From assembly GCA_964016885.1 (NCBI GenBank), contig OZ024740.1, positions 289,292,001 through 289,356,000 of the forward strand: 64,000 bases of DNA. The letters are read 5' to 3'. The translations under genes were made by a program, and so were the position numbers. Of this stretch, positions 25,712 to 37,986 are shown piece by piece. The notes below the pieces were generated by a model. The model had not been told where the DNA came from. It was given only the letters and a program-made list of their open reading frames with translations, and ran no database searches. The DNA is from Eledone cirrhosa (Eukaryota). Position 1 is the stretch's first letter. The number at the start of each line of letters is the position of its first letter.

Positions 25712-26323
25712 CATTGTTGCCAACTTCGAAAGAATGTCGTCTCGCTACTACCTTCCTATGAGACATGATGTGATAGCTAGAACTATCTGGAGCGCAATTA
25801 GGAAAACAAAATTAAAAACAAACGAGGAGGAATATGTTGAGACAGATGGCACTAAGGAATACTGGTGGAACCTGAAAATAAAAACTGCCACCAAATTAAA
25901 ACACACCCGGCCTGATATTGTTGTTTGGGACCACACATTGAAAACGTGCTCTGTTGTAGACGTCAGCTGCCCACTTGGTGTCAACGTTGTAAGAAAAATA
26001 CAGGAGAAGGAGGACATCTACGAACCATTGATGAGGAGTTTGCAGATCCAGTATCCAAGATACACCTTTAGCTTCATACCCATCATTATTGGAGCTACGG
26101 ATTATATACCATCCCGTTTGGACTAAAGTATGACTGAACTTGGATTTGTGGACAAAGAGCGCAGCTCCCTAATTTATAGTCTACAAATGGCTGCGATAGC
26201 TGGCACCTTCAAAATTTGCAAAACATTCTTGCGATTCAAGGAATGACAATTTCTCTTCTTTTACGTCCTTGCCACCAGGAAGGTGGCCGGTCAAAAATGT
26301 ACTCGAAATTAAGAGAAAGAGAG
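25712..26323 (+). mobile_element. Second, shorter 3' fragment of the same R4/Dong family
   Basis: ORF 25734..26126 is nearly identical to the C-terminus above. Same 3' end CTCGAAATTAAGAGAAAGAGA. Confidence 0.9.
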
Positions 26324-26479
26324 ACACACATACAAACATGCATACATATATACATACATTCATTCATGCATACATACATATATACATACATTGTAGCCTT
26401 TCTGGGACATGTGACCGTCGCATCACGTCACATTTCAATGGCTATGTTTTTTCAACCCAAGAGTAGGAAATGGTTACGC

Positions 26480-27240
26480 AATACCCAATGAATAAGTGAC
26501 ACAGAGAAGCCCGTAAAGACCCAAGAAGCAACCGAAAATGTCGATTATGAGATATTTCCGTGAAAGAAATCTCATATGTTGTCAGCAATAGCCCATAAAT
26601 GTCATCAAGATACTACCTCCTAATGTGGCATGATGTTACTAATGCCATTCTTCTCTTATTCAATATTTCCACATATATTACACAAGGAATATAGGTGGAA
26701 CATACACATCAAAATTGTGTCAAAATACAAACATAACAGACCTTATATAGTTTGGAACAAAAAAAAAAAACGACCCCCCCCCCCCCCCCAAACAACAACA
26801 AAAACAAAACAAAAAAAAACAAAAACAAAACAACAACAACAAAACAAGACAAAACAAAACGATGTACTCTCACAGAGGTCAGCTGTCTTTGACAATATGA
26901 ACATTTCTCCCATAATCAATGAGAAAGACGATCGTTTCGGACAACTACTTCGAAATCTTCAGCTTTTCTACTCAGATTATAAATTCACATTTTATTTGTG
27001 TACTTGGCGACGTTAGTAAATGTGGACTAAGTGGCAATCTGGAAAAAACTAAAGTTTACAAGCAAAGAAATTGAACGGCTAACATACATTTTATCAATAA
27101 AATCTGTAAGCGGAAGGGTAAAAATATACAATACTTTTCTAAAGTTAAACACGTGACACCGCTGTTGTAATCCAAATACCAATCCCGGAACTTTGGTGAG
27201 AAATCAGTTATTTCCTTACAGGAAAAATTCAAATGATAAA
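26480..27240 (+). mobile_element. Older degenerate R4/Dong-like 3' fragment
   Basis: SSRYYL..HD, EYRWN..KHNRP.IVW and LLRNLQ..Y.DYKF remnants. Confidence 0.65.
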
Positions 27241-27621
27241 AACAACCCCCAAAACATATAAATATAAACATGGTGTGATGGCTGCAACTCAACTTGGAGT
27301 AATGCCATCGCTTGACACTCAAGTATGAGCATCATAGACATGGCCCTTCAGTCCCGCCAGGAACTTGCCTTGAGCCAACAATGCCATGCATTGAAAAAAA
27401 TGTCACATAGCAAGCTGAAGCCTGAAGCTTTTTTAGGTAAAGAAAGGCTTTGCACGAGGCCAAAAACATTCTCTGAACATCGAATGCATTTACCCCAAAA
27501 AGAAGAACTGGACTACATCATTGGATGCAAACGAAGTCGCAGATTTTATACCAGTGACCTTCTCCTAGAGAGATGTATTAATGAAGACTAGGAGTCTCTT
27601 GCTCCACACACACACACACAT

Positions 27622-27675
<54 letters not shown>

Positions 27676-27764
27676 ACGCACACACACACACGCGCGCGCA
27701 CACACACACACACGCACGCACGCACGCACGCATACACATACACACACACACAAACACACGCACA

Positions 27765-27821
<57 letters not shown>

Positions 27822-27834
27822 GCACGCACGCACG

Positions 27835-27935
<101 letters not shown>

Positions 27936-28368
27936 CACTATTGGATGGTGGTTGACTCTCCTGACTTCCTCTACCCTCTGACGGGTTTTATTTTTCATCC
28001 TGCAGGGTTTCCAAAATCCCCCTCCTCACCAAGCAAGCTGTGTAGGGTTGCTGCCAGTTTAGACGCCGACAACCTGACCAATGTAATGGGCACATAAGCA
28101 TGCATACATATATGCATTCATAGATACATACATGCATACAAACATACAAACATACACACACATACACGGATGTTGACTCTCGGTCCGTCTGTCTATCTGT
28201 CTCTCTCTCTCTCTCTCTCTTACTCTGTCTTTCTCATTCACTCCCACTCTCTGTCACCGCCTACATATATACACATACATAAAACTGAGTGCGTGTTCTC
28301 TATCTCCTGTATGTCTGACTGACTGTCTCTCTCTATTTCCCTCTCTATTCCACACGTACTTACACAGG

Positions 28369-28449
<81 letters not shown>

Positions 28450-28458
28450 GTATACATG

Positions 28459-28660
28459 TACGAAGCTAGGAAGAAAAGTTCGAGTGTGACTATGAAGGAG
28501 TGATGCTAGAGCTGTGAAATCTTGAATGCAGTAACTTCAACTCTTCTTATTAACAACTGCATTTTTTCCTTCTAGGGACCATATTGAAAAATAAACCTCA
28601 TTTGGACTAACTATGAGAATTTGAACTGTTCTGCCTATGAACATTTCAGACGATTCTTGT

Positions 28661-28661
<1 letters not shown>
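28459..28661. mobile_element. Mariner-like MITE
   Basis: Degenerate TIRs TACGA..AAAAGTTC / GAACATTTCAG..TTGTA. Internal similarity to 21491-21680. Confidence 0.6.
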
Positions 28662-28697
<36 letters not shown>

Positions 28698-29007
28698 CGT
28701 ACAGGCACACACACACACACACACACACATATTGATACATATCTTCATTTTGTAGTACGCGTAATGCTTAGTTCAACACAAAACAGTGGTTAATTATCAG
28801 ATTGCATCACACTTCATACCACACTTATAACCAGAACCGACATTTGGGTGTTTACTGCCTTAGGCTAGCTCTGCAATATGCGCCATTTTTCTTCCCGGTT
28901 ATGCGCTCATCCTCCTCAATACAATACTTTCAAGTTACAGTGACAGGTCATAAAATAATACAACGCTCTTCACCATCACTGCTACTTGGCAAAGATGTAT
29001 CGTGATT

Positions 29008-29172
29008 TACGAGGGTCCGGCTGAAAAGTTCCAACACAGACAAAGATACTTTCATGGAATGACAAAATGAAGTTTATTTTCAACATATTCTCTGGAAAAA
29101 AAAACAAACAATGCAGTTGAAATTAATCACTCCTCTATAGTCAGCCTATGAACTTTTCCCAGAACTCTGCTA
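29008..29172. mobile_element. Mariner-like MITE
   Basis: TACGAGGGTCCGGCTGAAAAGTTC ... GCCTATGAACTTTTC. Confidence 0.6.
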
Positions 29173-29645
29173 TTTGAGGGGAGAGCAAGATTTAAACTAT
29201 ATGTTGACATGCCCCGGGAGCTAAATAACCTATGTATCAAATTTGATCAAAATCGGATGAAAATTGTGGAAATGCATCGACTGCATAGAGACAGTTAGAC
29301 AGACATTTTCGTTTTTATATAGAGAGATTCAATTTGATTATAAAAAAAAAATACATAAATTGTGATCCTTTAAGGTTCAGTAATGTGTTCCTCTGAATTC
29401 TGTGCCCTAGATGGCCGCCAAGTTGGCTTTTGTAGTAGCTTCGTCAGACATCCAGATGATAGTATTATATTTTGTACTAAAAACAAACAAACGACCCCCC
29501 CCCCCCCACAAATAGAGACCTTTAAATAGGGTTATACTAGATATTAGAAATGTATTATTTATGCAAACACACACACAGAGACACACATATACGCACGCAC
29601 AAAAACACACACACATTACATATATGCATAAATAATGCATCTCCA

Positions 29646-29710
<65 letters not shown>

Positions 29711-29824
29711 AATAAATAAAAAGATATACATATGCATTAATATCAACTGTAGATCTAATTTGCGTAAAACAAAACTGCTCGAAGCAGGCTTTTAGTGAAG
29801 CCGTATAGAATATATATATATATA

Positions 29825-29963
<139 letters not shown>

Positions 29964-31084
29964 ATTTCTGTGCTTTTGTATGTGAATAGAAGTGAAGAAT
30001 TTCATATTTCCCATACGACTAGTAAGCCATTCTCAAACATCAAATAATTCATCATTTTTTTGCTCTTCTCACCATCAGTCTTTTAGTATCTGATTAATTC
30101 CGTTTAGCAATTCGTCTGAAAACTGTTTTCAAATGCTGAAGTATATCCCCAAGGGCTACACACGTTCTGTAAGCCATTCCCTAATCGGTATGACCTCAAT
30201 ATCCATTGTTACTAGCTTCCGACGATATCAATAATTCTTCAATTTATTTCCGAGAGACTCGTGTGATCCCACGAGGACTAGTTATATGCGAAATCGCTAT
30301 ATATAATAATTTACACTAAAAATTGGCCGTTTTTAATGATTTCAGTTTTTTGTTTTAATGACATCATTATCAAAGTGTAAAGACGCCATGTTGAAATAGT
30401 AGTTTTTCTTTTTTACTTAGTCCAGTGGCCCACTAAGTATTGCCCAAAATGCCTTTATGGCCAGTCTGCATCTGCCTGAGAAGCTTTGCAACAACATTGA
30501 CAATATTCTCAAGGACAAGAGTATTGCTATTGATGTTGGTGCTATTGTTGTTGCTGCTATTTTTATTGTTGTTACTGTTGTTGTTGTTGATGATGATGAT
30601 GATAGTGATGATAATACTGTTGGCGATGTTGTTGTTTAACTTCCAGTTATCTTTGCTTCAGAAAACCTATGAATAAAGGTGTTCTAGCCATAACTATTTT
30701 TACAATTGTAAGATGTGATATGAGAGAGATATGCTATTTCTAGCAGGTTAAGTGATTACATAGAGGTTCTCTCTCTAGCTCATGAGTACTGGTGTGTGCA
30801 AAGTAGATGAGGAAGTATCCAGTGGATACGGCTCTAAAGTAAGTGATCGTTACTCGCCATCCTCTACAGGTTTCTTAATTACTGAAATACAATTAGATAG
30901 AAGAGCAAGTCTCTTAAGGGTCACCAACAACCAGAAACAATTTAATTTATACAGAATAGCGCAAAAGTCAATTTTATTGATTTAATAAGAAGGTATATGT
31001 GACAGTATAGTACAAAAGGTATAGTGAGATAGTAAAAATATGGCAAAACTCACTCATAAACCTTTAGTGGATCTTTTAATATAG

Positions 31085-31273
31085 AGTTTCTATTTTTGGC
31101 ACAAGGCCAGCGATTACCCCAGCGCATTACTGGTACTTTATTTTATCGACTCCGTAAGGATGAAAGGCAAAGTTAACCTCGGAGGATTTGAACTCAGAAC
31201 GCAAACGGCCATAACTCTATGCTGCAAAGCATGGTGTCTGACGCTCTACCGATACTGCCAAACCACCACCCTT
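31085..31273 (-). mobile_element. SINE family A
   Basis: Full copy. 18-bp TSD GTGGATCTTTT(A/G)ATATAG. Confidence 0.9.
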
Positions 31274-31592
31274 GTGGATCTTTTGATATAGCCAAAGAGT
31301 TTTAAGGTTATATATCTCAATAAAGGTAAAGCTTGCAGTGAGCCCCAGCATTACTCAAAGGGTTGCATTAAGCAATAAACATTATATCCTAAAGTCAATA
31401 AGAACCCATATAAAAATAACAAAAAGGTCTACGATACATACATACTTCCTGTCCTACTCTGTGGTGAGGAATGCTCAAAGTGGACAAAACTTCTCATTCG
31501 TATCATGGCGATCTCTTAAAACCATATGCGCCCTATTACAAACTATAAGATATCTGACCTTAAATACAATAGTAACTTTCCAGCTATATTTG

Positions 31593-31756
31593 ATAATTGT
31601 TTCTACTTTAGGCACAAGGCCAGCAATTACCCAGTGCATTACTGGTACTTTATTTTATCGACCCCGTAAGGATGAAAGGCAAAGTCAACCTCGGCGGGAT
31701 TTGAACTCACATCGTAAAGGGACGTAACTATGCTGGAAAGCATGGCGTCCGACCCT
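31593..31756 (-). mobile_element. SINE family A, 5' truncated
   Basis: Core and tail match the family. Confidence 0.88.
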
Positions 31757-32369
31757 ACTCTATACATATAGTTCTAGATACATATAGATCTAAGTAGGTA
31801 TACGTGACGACCACCAAACTGTAAGTACATATAGAAGGCGACGCTATAGTACACCTAACACTAAATAGGTACACACAACACTTGCAAATTAGAGAAAATA
31901 TCTAACTGTGACACAGGGATTACAAGAAAATAATTAACCTATTAATTGAGTTGTCTAAAGTTTTAATCTCATTATCAGTGTTGCAATGTATCAATGAATA
32001 AGGCACCCGTAAATATTGGGTCGTCAAGTATGAAATTTGTAGAAATTTGTAGAAAAAAAAACATTTCTACAAATTTCATACTTGACCCAATCGATGCTAT
32101 CAGTTGATACCGCTCAACATTGAGTCAATTAAAGCTTCTCTCGCGCTGTTGCTCAATCTGCTAGATGTAACAGCAATAATACCCCAAATCAGATGCTTTG
32201 ACCTTAAAACAAAGGAAGGCCATATTATAGATATACAAAAAGCCGGTACTGTCATAGCAGGAATAAAGAATTTTTTTTTATTATCATATTTCTAAATCAT
32301 GGCTGATATTAGGCAAAACAATAACCGCAATAATAACACAGAGTTGTTAACAGCAGTTGTTATGTATGT

Positions 32370-32800
32370 CTAATGTTCCAATGATCCCAAGAGCTATGCT
32401 GGCGGGAGTTCATTTCCTAGTGAGCCACCCAAGTCAGACAGATCGATGGTCAAGAGCCAGACTAAAATAATCACCCTAGAAGAGTAAACTTCAGTCATGG
32501 AAAATCCCCTAGCCAGGGTCACGGTGAAGCCATGATGGATGTGTTGGTTTAGGCGAAGGAGCTGCTATCTGCCAACGGTGAAACACAAGACGCTGACCGA
32601 AAGAACTTACAAAGCCAACAGCCAGGGTCACTCAGTTCAGTAAGACAACTACTGCAACAGCTATATGTGTGGCGTCCGTAGATAGAAAATACAGCTAACG
32701 GTAGATAATCACGAATGACCCTTTCTCATATCAGGCGCTCAAACTGCATCACTCGTCGCGTGGGTCAACAAGGGACGCGTCCTGCTGAGATTATGACTTC
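32370..32800 (+). mobile_element. Probable old RTE-type 5' UTR remnant
   Basis: CCAATGATCCCAAGAGCTATGCTGGCGGGAGT..AGCCAGACTAAA resembles RTE 5' ends. Recognition only, no ORF support. Confidence 0.35.
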
Positions 32801-33012
32801 AGCCACGGTGTTCAAAATGCATATTTCCTTAACTTAAAGAGCTGAACTAAAATCCGATCCTAGATATATAGCTTCAGACATCAATGGTGTTAATTCTTGA
32901 TTGACAGCGTCTGGTTACACGAAGTCAAATAAGCAATTAACTCTCTTTATTGCACTTGTATGAAATGAATAATTAGTAATTAGAACTCACTATTGTTGTT
33001 GCTAATAACAAT

Positions 33013-33167
33013 TGTTTCTACTTTAGGCACAAGACCAGCAATTACCCAGTGCATTACTGGTACTTTATTTTATCGACCCCGTAAGGATGAAAGGCAAAGT
33101 TAACCTCGGCCGGATTTGAACTCAGATCGTAAAGGGACGTAACTATGCTGGAAAGCATGGCGTCCGA
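33013..33167 (-). mobile_element. SINE family A, 5' truncated
   Basis: Perfect 18-bp TSD GTTGTTGCTAATAACAAT. Confidence 0.9.
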
Positions 33168-33424
33168 GTTGTTGCTAATAACAATGTTTTGAGTTCAGAT
33201 ATCTCCGGGGTCAACAGTGCCTTTCATCGTTCCAGAGTCGATGAAATAAGTACCAGTTGTGTACTGGGGTGATATAATTGAATAACTACTCCTCCATCCA
33301 AACTGGTAGCCATGCTCCTATGTTAGGGGGGAAGGTTGTTGTTATTGTCATCGCAATGAAAATAGCATTGTCATTGTCATCATGGTTATTATAATTATTA
33401 TGATTATGTACATAATCAAACTCC

Positions 33425-33728
33425 CCCACCACCACCAACACTATCACCACCACCACCACCACCAACACTACCCCCCCCCCCCCCCCCCCCCCCCCCCACC
33501 ACCATCACTACCACCACCACCACCATCACCACCACAACCACCACCACCAATACCACCACCGCCGCCGCCACCAGCACCAGCACCACCAGCAACACCAGCA
33601 CCAGCAGCAACACCACCAACACCAACACCAACACCACCACCACCACCACCACCACTGCCGCCACCACCTCACCTGCACATCACCACCACCATCGCCCCCA
33701 CCACCACGACCACCAACACCACCATTAC

Positions 33729-33795
<67 letters not shown>

Positions 33796-34241
33796 GTCAT
33801 ATTCATCTTCTTACATGATGAATATGATTATTATTGTCACCATCAACATAATCTCCCTCGTCCTCGCCACCATCATGGCTAATTATGACCATCGTTTTCC
33901 CCGTCGTCGTCGCCATGACCAGCAGTCGCGTCACCATCGTCGTAATTGTCGTCATTGCTTGTGCCTTCAAGTTAAACGGTAACGCATGAATGAAAGTAAG
34001 GTGAGATGTTTCAGAGGGAGAGAGAGGGAGAGAGAGAGGGAGAGGGAGAGGGAGAGAGAGGGAGAGAGAGAGATGGAGAGAGAGAGAGAGATGGAGAGAG
34101 AGAGAGAGATGGAGAGAGAGAGAGGGAGAGAGAGAGATGGAGAGAGAGAGAGAGATGGAGAGAGAGAGAGATGGAGAGAGAGAGAGGGAGAGTGAGAGAT
34201 GGAGAGAGAAAGAGGGAGAGAGAGAGAGAGAAAGAGAGAGG

Positions 34242-34272
<31 letters not shown>

Positions 34273-34490
34273 TATATAGAGAGAAAGAGAGAGAGAGAGA
34301 AAGAAAGAAAGAGAGAGGAGATAGATAGATAGATAGAGAGAGATATATATAGAGAGAAAGAGAGAGAGAGAGAAAGAAAGAAAGAAAGAAAGAAAGAGAG
34401 AAGAGATAGATAGATAGATAGATAGATAGAGAGATAGATAGAGAGATAGAGAGATAGATAGAGATAGAGAGAGAGAGAGAGAGAGATTGA
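33425..34490. repeat. Compound low-complexity block: (CCA)n, poly-C, (ATC)n, then (GA)n/(GATA)n
   Basis: Direct reading. Gives spurious Pro-, Ile- and SL-rich ORFs. Confidence 0.9.
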
Positions 34491-34885
34491 CAGAGAGGTG
34501 GGTAAAGTGTGAGGCTGAAGAAAACAAAAATATATATATAATAGGTGGTGACACAGGTGGGTGAAGTAGGGAAAGAGAAGGAGAAGTTTGATAAAACATG
34601 TCTCATACTGACTCTAATTTATTGTATGTGCCATTGATAATGCTCGATGACGTCACAGTGACGTTTACAGTGACGTCTGGAGACTATGGAAACCCATACA
34701 TATTGTAGAAATGTGTCAATCGGAATAAGAGGAAGATATAGAAAGAATGAAATAGAGAGTGACTTAGGTGTTTTTTTTTTCAAAGACAATGTGTGGTTTT
34801 AGGTGTGAATATGTATTTGTGTGCATCTTACAGGTATATTTATTGATTCTGTTTGTCTATCTCTCTGTCTGTATATCTCCCCCCC

Positions 34886-34921
<36 letters not shown>

Positions 34922-34958
34922 GAAAAAGAACACAAGAGCGTCTACAACATCAAAAGAT

Positions 34959-35020
34959 TTTTATTGGCTAACAATGTTTCTTCCTTACGTGTAACCGTAG
35001 GATTCATCAGAGCTATAAAA
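34959..35020 (-). ncRNA. Type I hammerhead ribozyme
   Basis: TTTTAtaGCT-CTGATGA-a-TCCTACG(gttaca)CGTaAGGA-a-GAAAC-att-GTT^AGCcaaTAAAA. Confidence 0.72.
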
Positions 35021-35953
35021 GGGGTTTGATTGGTGTTATGGACTCTACCAACCAAACACCCAAGAACAAAGAGTAAAGAGAGTAAAGAGCAAAAGTAGGG
35101 GACGATAAGTCTAATTTTGGTGCGGGAGGGTGGGGTGTTGGTCCTTGTTTACTAGCTGCGGTCATATTCATTCCCGGGAGTCGGGTGGTTAGCTGAACCA
35201 TAGATGGGGTGGCGTCGATAGTATGGTGCAGAGGGTGCGCAGAGGCTACACAAACACAAAGGGCGTAAGTGAATTGAAGGTTCTGCAACTCTGATACACA
35301 TATTGTTTATTATTTATTATTAAGATGTATAAACTGGACATAACTATTATCATCTTATATTCTCTCAACTAATCACACTTGATCATATTTCTCTATCCTG
35401 TTTTCTCCCCCCATAATTATTATATTTTTATTATTGTTTGAAAAAATCGTTTTTTTTACATTGTTTTCCCCTCCAAATATTCGCTTATATTTCCTTATAT
35501 ATTCTCTCTATATATTTTTTTATCTTCATTATTTCCACTTTTATCCTCCTTTATATTTTACCTTATTCTTACCTTTATACCTTATTATACTGTAATCTTC
35601 CCCATGCCTTATTATACACTATTAATTATAGATTATTATTATTACTCTTTTTCCATTTCTAATTACCTCATGTACCTTCTCCTCCGCTATATGTATATAT
35701 GTATTCTACGCCCTTTGTGTTTGTGTAGCCTCTGCGCACCCTCTGCACCATACTATCGACGCCGCCCCATCTATGGTTCAGCTAACCACCCGACTCCCGG
35801 GAATGAATATGATCGCAGCTAGTAAACAAGGACCAACACCCCACCCTCCCGCACCAAAATTAGACTTATCGTCCCCTACTTTTGCTCTTTACTCTCTTTA
35901 CTCTTTGTTCTTGGGTGTTTGGTTGGTAGAGTCCATAACACCAATCAAACCCC

Positions 35954-36015
35954 TTTTATAGCTCTGATGAATCCCACGGTTACACGTAAGGAAGAAACAT
36001 TGTTAGCCAATAAAA
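35954..36015 (+). ncRNA. Type I hammerhead ribozyme (mirror copy)
   Basis: As 34959-35020, with one substitution in stem II. Confidence 0.7.
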
Positions 36016-36149
36016 ATCTTTTGATGTTGTAGACGCTCTTGTGTTCTTTTTCATATATACGGCTCTGCTCCAAAGCATAGAGCTAATTATTATGCTGCCA
36101 ATACCTTAACGGGACACGGGTATATAATACCTAACTCCTATTAACCTAA

Positions 36150-36219
<70 letters not shown>

Positions 36220-36264
36220 TTGCGAGGTTTTTTATATGAAATCGTGTGTCGAAACAAATATTGT

Positions 36265-36723
36265 TATACTTGGGGAGGTTCATATTTGTGTAATATTGCC
36301 AGAATTAATAACAGAACACACTCACTGTTTGGTTGGTTTTCGCTTTTCGCTTCTGTGTCTTTTATATCGGTAATCTAATTTATTCGGTCCTCAATGTTGC
36401 CATTGACTGACCGACGGTCAAAAATAATACAGATACAATATAGACACAAACACATATATATAGTTTATCAAAGTTCTTTCGTTGCACATCTGCAACATCG
36501 TCAGTGGTGCATATGTGCAACGAAAGAACTATATAATATGTGTTTGTGTCTATATTGTATCTGTATTATTTTTGACCGTCGGTCAGTCAATGGCAACATT
36601 GAGGACCGAATAAATTAGATTACCGATATAAAAGACACAGAAGCGAAAAGCGAAAACCAACCAAACAGTGAGTGTGTTCTGTTATTAATTCTGGCAATAT
36701 TACACAAATATGACCCTCCCCAA

Positions 36724-36728
<5 letters not shown>
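36265..36728. mobile_element. Fold-back element 2: ~220-bp inverted arms, 23-bp loop, hammerhead at the apex
   Basis: 36265-36489 versus 36513-36728. Un-inverted single copy of the same unit at ~45420-45820. Confidence 0.88.
36466..36509 (-). ncRNA. Type I hammerhead-like motif
   Basis: CA-CTGACGA-t-GTTGCA(gatg)TGCAAC-GAAA-GaaCTT^TG. Perfect 6-bp stem II, weak stem I. Confidence 0.6.
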
Positions 36729-36758
<30 letters not shown>

Positions 36759-36892
36759 CAAAAGGGATATTTAATTTGTTGGTAATTCAACAAACATAAA
36801 TGTTTATAACTGATCAAAGCACTCAACAGATTTTTGGAGTATAATATTCAATGATATTAAATAAATGGAAATTATATTTATAAAACCATATT

Positions 36893-36953
36893 TATTCTAT
36901 TATATATATTTCAAGGGGACCAAAACTTTGGTACGCTCTCTTCAGATAAAATA
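36893..36953 (-). ncRNA. Type I hammerhead ribozyme (mirror copy)
   Basis: Reverse complement of 37081-37141 with one stem II substitution. Confidence 0.72.
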
Positions 36954-37080
36954 CGAAGTGTGTTTTATAAATATTGACATAACCAGGAATAGGATCTTAA
37001 CGGTTGAAGTTATTCCAGGAATAACTTCAACCGTTAAGATCCTATTCCTGGTTATGTCAATATTTATAAAACACACTTCG

Positions 37081-37141
37081 TATTTTATCTGAAGAGAGCG
37101 TACCAAAGTTTTGGTACCCTTGAAATATATATAATAGAATA
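37081..37141 (+). ncRNA. Type I hammerhead ribozyme
   Basis: TATTTTAT-CTGAAGA-GAGcGTACCAAA..TTTGGTACcCTT-GAAA-TATAT-ATA^ATAGAATA. 8-bp stem I, ~11-bp stem II, palindromic stem III. Confidence 0.8.
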
Positions 37142-37313
37142 AATATGGTTTTATAAATATAGTTTCCATTTATTTAATATCATTGTATATATATATATAT
37201 AGTAATGATAAATGTGAAGACTAAAATCCGAAGAGGGCTCGATAAGGATTATATATAGAGAGAGAGTTTCAGAAGATCCCGTTCAGGGTGTAAGCAGCGA
37301 TTATTTGCTTAAA

Positions 37314-37416
37314 TCCCGCCGAGGTTAACTTTGCCTTTCATCCTCACGGGGTCGATAAAATAAAGTACCAGTAATGTACTGGGTAATTGCTGACCTTGTG
37401 TCTAAAGTAGAAACAA
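37314..37416 (+). mobile_element. SINE family A, 5' truncated
   Basis: 14-bp TSD ATTATTTGCTTAAA. Confidence 0.88.
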
Positions 37417-37916
37417 TTATTTGCTTAAACTTTAACCGGTTCTTATAATATACATATATATAATATATATGTATATATATCCTCGTGCTTTTTCATAAAT
37501 ACACATGAAGGCGAACTAGCCAGTTTTAGAATTCCCTTTTTCGGATTATATTACTGTGAGAGCCCTGGTTTCTGTTGAGCTCTGCTGATGAATGAAATTC
37601 CAACCGTGACCATCTCCACTGAAAGTTTTCATGAAATAGTCTTTTAAGACTATACAGAGCATTTGATGTTATTCCAAATTGAAGGATAAGTGTTTCAAAC
37701 TTTATTTTATCATGAGTTAAAGGTCTATAGATTTTTCCCTGGATTTTACTAAATTCTGTGGATGAATTTATATCCTGATTCTCTTTTGAGATGAGTTTGA
37801 GTTATTTTTCCTAAATCTTTCGTTAACTACTTTTCCCATCTTGACGTTATAGTCGCATATATGTTATAGAATGCCGTTAGCTTCTTGCTAAAACAATCTC
37901 TATACCTCTCATTTAT

Positions 37917-37986
<70 letters not shown>

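Larger units (their letters stand above)
34915..36058. mobile_element. Fold-back element 1: ~350-bp inverted arms, ~440-bp spacer, one hammerhead per arm (Penelope pseudo-LTR type)
   Basis: 34915-35267 is the near-identical reverse complement of 35707-36058. The same short ORF appears on both strands in the ORF track. Confidence 0.88.
36849..37185. mobile_element. Fold-back element 3: 337-bp near-perfect palindrome (1-nt centre at 37017), one hammerhead per arm
   Basis: 168-bp arms with about 2 mismatches. Mirrored ORFs 36865..37092(+) and 36942..37169(-). Confidence 0.92.

Noticed and set aside
30000-30210. Minus-strand short ORF (MDIEVIPIREWLTERV) near a YY1-like site at ~30383
   Set aside because: Multiple stops and no recognisable homology.
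33382-34606. Proline-rich and SL-rich ORFs (formin/extensin-like)
   Set aside because: Pure microsatellite translations with no domain or splice support.
34645-34680. Three clustered TGACGT (CRE-like) motifs
   Set aside because: Explained by a short 12-bp tandem repeat, with no other promoter evidence.
37205-37295. CCGAAGAGGGCTCGATA and, on the minus strand, CTGAACG..GAAAC
   Set aside because: Cores are incomplete and the stems unconvincing. The CTGATGAATGAAA at ~37585 likewise has no stem II.
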